A DNA stretch of 248,000 nt from Hyalangium minutum (lineage in GTDB: Bacteria > Myxococcota > Myxococcia > Myxococcales > Myxococcaceae), in assembly GCF_000737315.1 (NCBI RefSeq), contig NZ_JMCB01000003.1, positions 20,001-268,000 on the forward strand, in the 5' to 3' direction. Of the stretch, positions 21,365 through 32,098 are shown piece after piece (position 1 is the first letter of the stretch; each line of letters opens with the position of its first letter). The translations under genes were made by a program, and so were the position numbers. Under the pieces are notes generated by a model. That model was given only the letters and a program-made list of their open reading frames with translations. It made no database searches and was not told where the DNA came from.

Positions 21365-22390
21365 TCAAGCGCCCGAGGACGACATTCCCTCCAGCTGGCG
21401 GATGATGGTGGCCAGCGCCTCTGGGGACACCTTCGTCTCCGTGGACTTGTTGCGCAGCGCGGCCTCCGGCATCGACGGCACCAGGCACGTCTCCGGATCC
21501 TGGGCGAAGGTGAGCCCGCCCGCGCGCTTGATGGCCATCAGGCCCACCGCGCCCTCCTCGCCCATGCCGCTGAGCACCGCGCCCGCGGCGTGCTGGCCAT
21601 AGGCTCGGGACAGGGACGCCAGCAGCAGATCCCCCGAGGGGAACGTGGTGCCCGAGGCCTTCTCGATGACGATCTCGCCCTGGAGCCCCACGCGCAGGTG
21701 GTGGCCATCCGGGGCCAGGTACACGGTGCCCGGCCGAGGCTGCTCCGAGGCGCGAGCAATCTCCACCGGCAGCGGAGACAGCGAGGACAGCCAGCGGTGC
21801 AGGCCCACGGTGAAGCCCGGGGTGATGTGCTGAGCGATGAAGACGGGGTAGGGCAGGCTGCGCGGCAGCAGCCACAGCAGCGAGGCCAGCGCCGTGGGCC
21901 CGCCGATGGACGAGAACAGCCCAAAGCCACCGATGCGCCGGCCCGCGGGCAGCGGCGGCGGGTTGGCGTGGCCCTCACGGCGCTTGGTCACCAGCGGCAC
22001 CTCCGCCAGCAACCGGATGGCCGACAGCAGGCGTACACCAAAGCGCGCCACATCCTCGGGAGAGCCCTGCGGCTTGGCGATCACCTCCAGCGCTCCGGCC
22101 TGGAGCGCGCGGAAGGACAGATCCGTGTCCGGGGCGCCGGACACCATGAGGATGCGGCAGGGCGTCTCGGCCATGATGCGCTCGGTGGCGCCCAGGCCAT
22201 CCATGCCCGGCATCTGCACGTCCAGGGTGATGACGTCCGGCTTGAGGGAGCGCGCCAGGGCCACGGCCTCCTCGCCGTCGCGCGCAGTCCCCACCACGGT
22301 CACGTCGGGCTGTGCCGACAGCAGCCGGGTGAGGACCTGGAGCATGGTGGGGGAATCGTCGGTGAGGAGGACTTGGATGGGCTTGCTCAT
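21365..22390 (-). CDS. cheB: chemotaxis response regulator-methylesterase (copy 3, divergent active site)
   Basis: receiver; SSIGGP, QHI, LSGMGEEG. Confidence 0.8.
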   Translation of the reverse strand: MSKPIQVLLTDDSPTMLQVLTRLLSAQPDVTVVGTARDGEEAVALARSLKPDVITLDVQMPGMDGLGATERIMAETPCRILMVSGAPDTDLSFRALQAGALEVIAKPQGSPEDVARFGVRLLSAIRLLAEVPLVTKRREGHANPPPLPAGRRIGGFGLFSSIGGPTALASLLWLLPRSLPYPVFIAQHITPGFTVGLHRWLSSLSPLPVEIARASEQPRPGTVYLAPDGHHLRVGLQGEIVIEKASGTTFPSGDLLLASLSRAYGQHAAGAVLSGMGEEGAVGLMAIKRAGGLTFAQDPETCLVPSMPEAALRNKSTETKVSPEALATIIRQLEGMSSSGA

Positions 22391-22483
22391 GCGGTTCTCC
22401 GGAACTCTTTTCGGGGGAGGAATCTACCCCATGGGTGGGGTCCTCGCCTACGACCTACCATGTAACAGTGTAACCAACATGTA

Positions 22484-24697
22484 TCACCCGGCCTTGCGTT
22501 TCTTTTCACGCCGGGGACTGGCCTCAGGGGAAGGTGGCGAAGGGGGCAGGGCCGGCCGAGTCGAGGGGAAGGGCGTACCATCCGTGGGGCCGGTTTCTAC
22601 CCCCGGTACTTCCGCCGGGAGAGCGGGCAGGCGGATGACGAAGGTGCACCCCTCGCCGGGTTTGCTGTGCACGGCGATGCTCCCCCCGTGATTCTTGACG
22701 ATGCGCTGGCAGATGGCCAGCCCCAACCCTGTACCCTTTTCCTTCGTGGTGAAGAAGGGCACGAAGATGTGCTGTTGCTGGTCCAACGGAATCCCTGGCC
22801 CGGTGTCCGAGACGTGAACCTCGACGAACTCGTTGACGGTGCCGCCGCGGAAGTCTCCGAAGCGGTCCTGCTTCACGGTGCCCACGGTGATGCGCCCGCC
22901 CGGAGTCCCAATGGCCTGCACCGCGTTCTGGACCAGGTTGATGAGCACCTGCTTGAGCTGCTCTGCATCTCCGTCCACGCGCGGCGCCGTGAGGTCCAAC
23001 TGGACGGCCAGCTCGATCTGCTTGGGCACATCGTTCTGGATGAGGCGCATGGTGCGGGTCACCACCTCATTGAGGTCCGTCTGGCCAAAGTTTTGCTTCA
23101 GCGGCCGAGCGTAGTCCAGGAACGCCGTCACCACGCCATTGAGGCGGTTGACCTCTTCGACGATGACGCCCAGGAACTCGCCGTCCTCGCCCGGGAGCCG
23201 CTTCGGATCCAGGCACTGCGCCGCGCCCTTGATCGCCCCCAGGGGGTTGCGGATCTCGTGCGCCAGGCCCGCCGCCATCTCGCCCAGGGCCGCCAGGCGG
23301 TCGCGCTCGCGGATCTTTTCATACAGCTTGGAGTTCTCCAGCACCGTTGCCAGGCGCTCGGCCACCGTGAGGATGAGGGCGATCTCGTCCGAGGCGTAGG
23401 CCTCCGGCACGCGCTCGTCCCACAGGTTCAGGAAGCCGATCACCCGATCGTTGCCCACCAGCGGCACGGAGATGCCGGACTTCATCTGCAGCAGCGCGGC
23501 GCGCGTGTCCTGCAGGCGCTTGAGCTCGTCCCGGAAGCGCTTGCCCTCGGCCGCGTGCATTCGCAGCGCCGCCAGCCGCGTGTCCACGTTCTCCAGCAGC
23601 ACCGCCTTCTGCCCCGAGGCCGCCGCCAGCAGCAGGCCGCGCGCCGCCGCCGTGTCCAGGAAGCCCTCGGGCGGAGGGCCGCGTGAGTCCAGCAGCCGGT
23701 AGCCCGGACGATCCTCCGCCATCATGTACACGGAGGTATGGGTGACGCGGCCCGTCTCGTGGAGCGCGTCCAGCACCATCCGCGTCACCTCGGAGATGTC
23801 GATCACCGTGGCCATGCGCGCCCGGAGGTTCCCGAGCACTCGCAGCAACTCGAAGCGCTCGCGGAAGAAGATGGCCACCACCTGCTCGTCCACCTTCACG
23901 CGCAGGGGCTCCATCAGGATGATGGTGACGAAGGCGGCCACCACCGTGTTGAAGACGAAGAGGCTCGCGTTCTCCTTCACCCACACGGTCAACACCGTGA
24001 AGACGGCGGCCAGGATGAAGGCCAGCACCGTCTGCGAGGCGATCTTCCCCAGCAGCTCGTGCAGGTCCATCAGCCGCAGCCGCAGCAGCGTCTGGGAGAG
24101 GAAGAACAGGTACATCGTGGAGAAGATGGGCCCCAGCGGCGGCAGGGGAATGTCGTAGCGCCGGCCCACGAGGTCCACGGCCGCGAGGACGATGGTGACG
24201 CCTGCGCCCAGGGCCAGGTACATCAGCCGCAGCCGCTCGATGCGCGATTGCTGGCTGCGCACCTGGTTGAGCAGCAAGCTCACCGAAGTCAGCAGGGTAC
24301 CGAGCACCCAGACGCTCACCGCCACGCGCGCCCAGTTCTGCTGCGCCAGCGGCGTCACCGCCACCGCCAGCCCGAACACGCCTGAGAGCAGGGCGAGCCG
24401 CCGGCCCTGCATATGGGCCTCTTTGCTGACGCCCAGGAACTCCAGGAAGAAAGAGACGGCTGACAGGGGGACAAGCGAGGCGAACAGGATGGTGGCGCCC
24501 ACCGCCGTTCTGGACACCCAGCCGGGCTCGGGGAAGATGCCCGCGAAGAACAGCGCCAGGTAGTACCCCGCCACCGTGAGGGCGAAGACGGAATACAGTG
24601 TCACCACCCGAGGGCGGCCCGGCCGCAAGAGCATGGCGAGCCCGAGCGCCAGGCCGACGAGGGATGCAAGCAGGGCGCTCTGAGTGCGGATGTCCAT
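22484..24697 (-). CDS. multi-TM GAF sensor histidine kinase
   Basis: AHEIRNPL H-box, NAVQA, KGTGLGL. Confidence 0.9.
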   Translation of the reverse strand: MDIRTQSALLASLVGLALGLAMLLRPGRPRVVTLYSVFALTVAGYYLALFFAGIFPEPGWVSRTAVGATILFASLVPLSAVSFFLEFLGVSKEAHMQGRRLALLSGVFGLAVAVTPLAQQNWARVAVSVWVLGTLLTSVSLLLNQVRSQQSRIERLRLMYLALGAGVTIVLAAVDLVGRRYDIPLPPLGPIFSTMYLFFLSQTLLRLRLMDLHELLGKIASQTVLAFILAAVFTVLTVWVKENASLFVFNTVVAAFVTIILMEPLRVKVDEQVVAIFFRERFELLRVLGNLRARMATVIDISEVTRMVLDALHETGRVTHTSVYMMAEDRPGYRLLDSRGPPPEGFLDTAAARGLLLAAASGQKAVLLENVDTRLAALRMHAAEGKRFRDELKRLQDTRAALLQMKSGISVPLVGNDRVIGFLNLWDERVPEAYASDEIALILTVAERLATVLENSKLYEKIRERDRLAALGEMAAGLAHEIRNPLGAIKGAAQCLDPKRLPGEDGEFLGVIVEEVNRLNGVVTAFLDYARPLKQNFGQTDLNEVVTRTMRLIQNDVPKQIELAVQLDLTAPRVDGDAEQLKQVLINLVQNAVQAIGTPGGRITVGTVKQDRFGDFRGGTVNEFVEVHVSDTGPGIPLDQQQHIFVPFFTTKEKGTGLGLAICQRIVKNHGGSIAVHSKPGEGCTFVIRLPALPAEVPGVETGPTDGTPFPSTRPALPPSPPSPEASPRREKKRKAG

Positions 24698-24805
24698 GTT
24701 CGGGAGAACAGTCTAACCTGTGTCCACGTCCGGAAATTTTTTGAGTGGTCCCAGTTGTCCTCGGGCGTGCCCGAGCACATCCACCAGGGCTCAGTGTCCG
24801 CCCCC

Positions 24806-27226
24806 ATGAAATCCGCCCTTTCGCTGATTGCCCTCGTTTCTTTCGCGCAGCTGGCCTCGGCCCAGCCGGTGGCCGATGCCCCGGCCACGGCTCCGCAGCC
24901 GCGCACTGACGGCGCGCCGCCCGAGGCGCAGCTGCGTCCCCTCCCGGACACGGAGACGGCACCGCTGCCCCCCGGCTACGTGGAGATCTTCAACCCCGCG
25001 TTCCCGCTGCCCGTGGTGATGGCGCCTCCCGCCAAGAAGGAGGAGGCCAAGGCAGAGGTTCCGCGCGGCAAGGCCTACGGGCTGGACGAGCTGACGCCGT
25101 ACTTCGCCGCGGGCAAGAAGAAGGAGGCCAAGGCCGCCTTCGACAAGGGCTTCTACCTGAAGGCCCGGGAGCTGCTGCAGGACGAGGGCAACTCGGCGCC
25201 GGTGCGTTACCTGCGGGCGCTGAGCGCGGTGCGCGCGGGAGATGATGTCCGCGCGGCCAGCGAGATGGCCTCCCTGGCGGAGGACTACCCGGCGCTGCGG
25301 GATCGCTGCCTCACGCACGCGGGCATGGCGCTCGAGGATCTGAGCCGCTTCGACGAGGCGGCGAAGCTGCTCGACCAGGTGTCGCAGGACTCGAAGCTGT
25401 ACGTGGATGCGCGGCTGGCGCTCGGGCGCGTGCTGCGCAAGAAGAAGGACTACGACGGGGCCATGGCCGCGCTCACGCCGCTGGCGGATCGGCCCGCGCC
25501 GCTGTTCGGCCGCAACGTGGGTGCCGAGGCGCTCATGGCCATCGCCGACATCGCGGTGGAGAAGAAGGATCGCAAGCGCGAGCAGGAGGCGCTGTGGCGG
25601 CTGTGGTCCCTGTACCCGCTCTCGCCGCTGACCAAGCAGGCCGATCGTCGGCTCAAGGGCATCAAGCCCCCGGTGGACGCCCAGGTGGCGCGCGCCGAGC
25701 AGCTCATCGAGCTGCACCGCAACAAGCAGGGCCTCACGGTGCTGGAGCCGCTGCTGACTGCGCTGGCGCTGCCGGATCCGCTCGCCTGCCGCGCGCACTT
25801 CGCCTACGGCAAGGGCCAGCGCAAGGAGCGCAACCACACGAAGGCCATCTCCGTGCTCACGCCGGTGGTGGACAAGTGCCAGGATGCGGATCTGCTGCCG
25901 CGCGCCATGTACGTGCTGGGCTCCTCGCGCTCCATCGTGGACCAGAAGCGTGGCCCGGAGACGTACGAGCGGCTCGCGCGCGAGTTCCCCGGCCACTCCT
26001 TCGCGGACGACGCGCTGTTCTACGCCGCTGACCTGTACGTGAAGACGGATCGGCCGGGGCAGGCCCTGGAGCGGCTCCAGGAGCTGGAGAAGAACTATCC
26101 GCAGGGCGACTTCCTGGGCGAGGCGCTCTTCAAGGCGTACTGGATTGCACGCACCTCGAAGGTGCCGGACGGCGGGCTGCCCATCCTGGAGCGCATCGAG
26201 AAGCGCTTCGCTGACGCGGACGAGACGTACGACGTGGAGCGGGCCCAGTACTGGCGGGCGCGGACATTCCTGGAGCGCGGCAACAGCAAGGACGCCGTGG
26301 CCCTCTTCGAGCGGCTCGCGCTGGAGCACCCGGCCACGTACTACGGGCTGATGGCCCGTGCGCAGCTGGGCGAGATGGACAAGGAGCGCTTGGAGAGCAT
26401 CGGTCCGCAGCTGGTGTTCACCGCGGAGCGTGCCAGCCCGTGGCCTCTGCACACCGGTCCCGCCATGGAGAAGGATCCGCACTTCCTGGCGGCCGTGGAG
26501 CTGCTGCGCCTGGGCTTCCCCGAGGCCGTGTCCTCCGAGCTGCTCGCCGTCAACCGCAACGGCCTGCCCACCGAGCCCGTGCGGCTCATCGTTCATCTGC
26601 TCTCGATGGCGGGGGACCAGCGCGCGGCGCACGCCGTGGCGCGCGTGTCCCTGCGCAGGGATCTCAGCGGCCGCATCACTCCGGAGACGCGGCCGGTCTG
26701 GGAGATCGCCTATCCGAATGCGTACCGCGAGCTGATCGAGAAGCACACGAAGGAGGCCGGGGTGGAGCCGGATCTCCTGCAGGCGCTAATGCGCGAGGAG
26801 AGCGCGCTGGACCCCAAGGCCCTGTCGTGGGCGGGAGCGCTGGGGCTCACCCAGCTGATGCCCACCACGGCGAAGGCGGTCGCGCAACAGTTGAAGATCA
26901 AGCGCTTCCGCGTGGAGTCCCTGCTGGATCCGGACATGAACATCCGCATCGGCGCGCACCACCTGGGCGAGCTGGTGAAGAAGTTCGGCGGCAACGCGCC
27001 GTTCGCGGTGGGCAGCTACAACGCCGGCGCCGGAGCGGTGAACCGCTGGCGCTCCGAGCGCAGGGGCATGCCGCTGGATGCGTGGGTGGAAGAGGTGCCG
27101 ATCGCGGAGACGCGCGGCTACATCAAGCGCGTGCTGCGCTCCTACAACACCTACCAGCTCCTCTATGGCCGTCCGGCCAAGGCCTCTGCGGTGAAGTCCG
27201 CGGGCCTAGTACCGGGGGCTCGCTAG
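24806..27226 (+). CDS. TPR-containing soluble lytic transglycosylase (Slt-like)
   Basis: MREES, GLTQLMP, SYNAG, ETRGYIKRV. Confidence 0.85.
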   Translation: MKSALSLIALVSFAQLASAQPVADAPATAPQPRTDGAPPEAQLRPLPDTETAPLPPGYVEIFNPAFPLPVVMAPPAKKEEAKAEVPRGKAYGLDELTPYFAAGKKKEAKAAFDKGFYLKARELLQDEGNSAPVRYLRALSAVRAGDDVRAASEMASLAEDYPALRDRCLTHAGMALEDLSRFDEAAKLLDQVSQDSKLYVDARLALGRVLRKKKDYDGAMAALTPLADRPAPLFGRNVGAEALMAIADIAVEKKDRKREQEALWRLWSLYPLSPLTKQADRRLKGIKPPVDAQVARAEQLIELHRNKQGLTVLEPLLTALALPDPLACRAHFAYGKGQRKERNHTKAISVLTPVVDKCQDADLLPRAMYVLGSSRSIVDQKRGPETYERLAREFPGHSFADDALFYAADLYVKTDRPGQALERLQELEKNYPQGDFLGEALFKAYWIARTSKVPDGGLPILERIEKRFADADETYDVERAQYWRARTFLERGNSKDAVALFERLALEHPATYYGLMARAQLGEMDKERLESIGPQLVFTAERASPWPLHTGPAMEKDPHFLAAVELLRLGFPEAVSSELLAVNRNGLPTEPVRLIVHLLSMAGDQRAAHAVARVSLRRDLSGRITPETRPVWEIAYPNAYRELIEKHTKEAGVEPDLLQALMREESALDPKALSWAGALGLTQLMPTTAKAVAQQLKIKRFRVESLLDPDMNIRIGAHHLGELVKKFGGNAPFAVGSYNAGAGAVNRWRSERRGMPLDAWVEEVPIAETRGYIKRVLRSYNTYQLLYGRPAKASAVKSAGLVPGAR

Positions 27227-27259
27227 CGCGCGTGGCCCAGGTCTTCTAGACTCGGGCCC

Positions 27260-28650
<1,391 letters not shown>

Positions 28651-28654
<4 letters not shown>

Positions 28655-29244
28655 TCGAAAGTGCCGTCCTGGTTCTGAACCGGAACTACCAGCCTGTCCA
28701 CGTCACTTCCGTCAAGCGCGCCTTCTCCTTGCTGTACCAGGGCGTGGCCAAGGCCATTGACGACCAGTACCGGCTCTACGAGTTCGCCGACTGGGCCGCG
28801 CTGAGCGCCACCACCGACTGCATCACCACGGTGAACCGCTCCATCCGCGTGCCCCGCGTGCTGGTGCTCTCTGTCTACGAGTACCTCCCCAAGGGCCGGG
28901 TGCGCTTCTCACGTCTCAACATCTACGCGCGCGATCACGACACCTGCCAGTACTGCGGGCGCACCCTGCCTCGCTCGGAGCTGAACCTGGATCACGTGCG
29001 GCCTCGCTGTGACGGAGGCAAGACGACGTGGGAGAACGTTGTCTGCTCGTGCGTGCCCTGCAACCTGAGGAAGGGCGGGCGCACCCCGGAGCAAGCAGGG
29101 ATGAAGCTGCTGCGGAGACCTTTCCGCCCGAAGTGGACGCCGCTGTTCCGCGGAGCCATCCGGCGTGTCACCTACCGTGAGTGGTTGCCCTTCCTGAGGG
29201 TAGAGGACGCCTCTTACTGGAACGTGGAGCTGCTGGACGAGTAG
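28651..29244 (+). CDS. HNH endonuclease
   Basis: VLVLNRNYQP, CQYCG, DHVRP..GG..W.NVV.SC..CN. Confidence 0.9.
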
Positions 29245-29386
29245 CGCGGCCCCGGTCCTCTGGGGCCGAGTGTGGCCGATTTTTCTCCGAGTGGGTCCCC
29301 GAGGGGCACGGATGCGTCCGTGCTCCAGACATCCGGGCCGAGGCTCGCCCCCCATGGCGAGCCCTGCGGCAGGGAAGGGGACACAC

Positions 29387-31039
29387 GTGAAACAGAATCG
29401 GTTGCTGATGCTGGGCGCGCTCGCGATCGTCTTCAGCCTCGTGGGCTGTGACTGCGGCGGCGGAGATTCGAAGCCTCCCATCGAGGAGCCGGACGGCGGT
29501 ACCACTCCCTCGGATGGGGGAACGGACATCCCCGACGGAGGCCCCGGCTCGGTGTGCCTGGCGCAGGGGGCGGCGTGCAGCCGGACCTCGGGGGCCCAGT
29601 GCTGTAACGGCGTGTGCGGCGCGGACAATGTGTGTCCGGCGCCCAATGAGCTCTGCAAGAGCCCCAACGAGGTCTGCCAGACGGGCGGCGAGTGCTGCAC
29701 CAATATCTGCTCGAACGGCAAGTGTGCCTCCAACCTGTGCAAGGACGTGGGCCAGGCCTGCGCCACCGCCGAGGACTGCTGCACCAAGACATGCACCGGC
29801 GGCACGTGTGCGAACGTCCCCGGCAACGTCTCCAGCTGCAAGGTGCTGGGCCAGGCTTGCGCCTCGGGCGCGGAGTGCTGCTCCACCAACTGCCAGGGCG
29901 GCGTGTGCACCCGCGCCTATACCTGCAAGGCCTACGGGGACGTGTGCCTCACGGACGCGGAGTGCTGCGGCCAGTCGTGCTCCTCGCCGGACGGTGTCAC
30001 GGCGGGCCGCTGCGAGTTCATCACCGGCGGTGGTGGCGGTGGCTGTCGGCAGGACGGCAACCCGTGCTCGGGTGGCTCCGGGTGCTGCTCGCGCACCTGC
30101 GTGGATCTGGGCTACGGCGCCACGGTCTGCCAGCCCGTGGGGGGCTGCAAGCTCACGGGTAACGCCTGCAACGCGGCCAATGACTGCTGCGGCGGCGGGA
30201 CCAACCCCAACGGCTCGGTGACGTGCGCGGGGGGACGGTGCGACAACGGCCAGAGCTGCAACGGCGTGGGCAACATCTGCGGCTCCGGCAAGCTGCCGGA
30301 TGGTGGCACCACGGACATCAACGCCTCGCAGAACTGCTGCGACGGCCGCAAGAACGTCTGCAAGGTGGACTCCTCGGGCGTGCCCCGCTGCTTCGGCGGC
30401 GGCAGTACCCAGTGCCCTACGGGCTACACGGGCACCGCGCCGTGCTGCATCAACGATGGCCAGAACTGCCAGTTCTCCGACCAGTGCTGCGGTGACGCCC
30501 TCTGCCTGCCCAACGGCAGCGGCGGGCTGAGCTGCCAGCGGCCCACGTGCTCGCCGGTGGGGGCTCCCTGCACCTCCGAGGCTGGCGGCACCTCGGCCTG
30601 CTGCGCGGGCTCCAGCTGCTTGCCGGTGGACGAGCTCAACTTCGCCTGCCAGGCCCCCCGGCCGCCCACCAGCGGCACGGATGGCGGCACCGGCGGGACT
30701 CCGGACGCGGGGCCGGCGTGTAAGGCCAACGAGACGGCCTGCACCTCGCCCTCGCAGTGCTGCTCGGGCATCTGCACGGGCGGTCTGTGCAAGCCGCCCG
30801 CCCTGTGCCAGCCGCAGAACGGGGCCTGCACCTCGGGGGCGGACTGTTGCCAGGGGCTGCGGTGCGACGTGCCGTCCGGCTCCACGACGGGCACCTGCCA
30901 GCCGGGCGCCGCATGCTCGGCCAGCGGCCAGGCGTGCTCGCCCTCGGTGGGCTGCTGCTCCGGCCTCAGCTGCGAGACGGCCTCCGGGACCGCCTGCGAC
31001 GGCACCTCGGCGTGCCTCTGCATGGTGATCCTCAACTAG
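29387..31039 (+). CDS. cysteine-rich repeat lipoprotein
   Basis: lipobox LVGC; repeated C..G..C....CC..C units. Confidence 0.7.
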   Translation: MKQNRLLMLGALAIVFSLVGCDCGGGDSKPPIEEPDGGTTPSDGGTDIPDGGPGSVCLAQGAACSRTSGAQCCNGVCGADNVCPAPNELCKSPNEVCQTGGECCTNICSNGKCASNLCKDVGQACATAEDCCTKTCTGGTCANVPGNVSSCKVLGQACASGAECCSTNCQGGVCTRAYTCKAYGDVCLTDAECCGQSCSSPDGVTAGRCEFITGGGGGGCRQDGNPCSGGSGCCSRTCVDLGYGATVCQPVGGCKLTGNACNAANDCCGGGTNPNGSVTCAGGRCDNGQSCNGVGNICGSGKLPDGGTTDINASQNCCDGRKNVCKVDSSGVPRCFGGGSTQCPTGYTGTAPCCINDGQNCQFSDQCCGDALCLPNGSGGLSCQRPTCSPVGAPCTSEAGGTSACCAGSSCLPVDELNFACQAPRPPTSGTDGGTGGTPDAGPACKANETACTSPSQCCSGICTGGLCKPPALCQPQNGACTSGADCCQGLRCDVPSGSTTGTCQPGAACSASGQACSPSVGCCSGLSCETASGTACDGTSACLCMVILN

Positions 31040-31081
31040 TCGTGCCGAGGAGTCGACGCGGAGGGCGGGACGGGTTTTGAT

Positions 31082-32098
31082 GTGGGCGCTTTGAAGCCCG
31101 CACCTGTTCCCTCCGCGTCGGTCTCTCCCACTCCTTCACCCATCCCCGGTCCGCCGGGGCTCTCCAAGCGCGCGCGCCCTCGGCGGGTCATCGCCGTGGG
31201 CGGCGGCAAGGGGGGCATCGGCAAGACGCTCGTGTCGGCCAACTTGGGCATTGCCCTGGCGCAGGCGGGCATGCGCGTGCTGCTGGTGGACGTCGACCTG
31301 GGCGGCGCCAACCTCCACACCTGTCTCGGGGTGGGCCAACCGAACGCGACGCTGTCGGACTTCGTCCGCAGCAGCAAGGTCCAGATCGAGGACATCATCA
31401 TCCCCACCGGTGTGCCCCAGCTGTCGCTGATCGCGGGCGCCCAGGACGCGCTGGACGCGGCCAACCTCAAGTACGCCCAGAAGCAGAAGCTGCAGCGCGC
31501 GCTCATGGCCCAGCAGGTGGACTACCTGCTGCTGGATCTGGGGGCGGGCACCAGCTTCAACACCCTGGATTTCTTCCTGATGGCGGACCACGGCGTGCTG
31601 GTGGTGCTGCCCGAGCCCACCGCCGTGGAGAACGCCTACCGCTTCGTCAAGGCGGCCTTCTTCCGCCGGCTGCAACAGGTGGAGGCGCAGTACGGCATCG
31701 AAGACCTGGTGGAGAGCGCTCTCACCACGCGCGAGGGGGCCCTGCGCACGCCGCATGACTTCATCGCTCAGGTGCGCCAGCATGATCCCAACGCGGGCGC
31801 CCGGCTGGAGCGGGATCTGCAGTCGTTCCGCATCCGCCTGGTGGTGAACCAGGCCCGCACGGACGCGGACATGAACGTGGGCACCGCGGTGGTGTCCGCT
31901 TGGAAGAAGTTCTTCGGCCTGGAGATGGATGAGCTGGGAGCCATCCGGTACGACGACGAGGCCTGGCGCGCGGTGCGCAAGCGCAGGCCCATCCTCCTCG
32001 AGCGTCCCGACTCGGCCGCCGCCCAGGGACTTCAGCGCATCGCTGCGCGTATCCTGACCCTCGATAGCCCCGGAAGCGCCGGGTTTTCCACGCCATGA
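31082..32098 (+). CDS. MinD/FlhG(FleN)-like P-loop ATPase
   Basis: GGGKGGIGKT, DVDLGGANLH, DLGAG. Confidence 0.85.
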   Translation: MGALKPAPVPSASVSPTPSPIPGPPGLSKRARPRRVIAVGGGKGGIGKTLVSANLGIALAQAGMRVLLVDVDLGGANLHTCLGVGQPNATLSDFVRSSKVQIEDIIIPTGVPQLSLIAGAQDALDAANLKYAQKQKLQRALMAQQVDYLLLDLGAGTSFNTLDFFLMADHGVLVVLPEPTAVENAYRFVKAAFFRRLQQVEAQYGIEDLVESALTTREGALRTPHDFIAQVRQHDPNAGARLERDLQSFRIRLVVNQARTDADMNVGTAVVSAWKKFFGLEMDELGAIRYDDEAWRAVRKRRPILLERPDSAAAQGLQRIAARILTLDSPGSAGFSTP

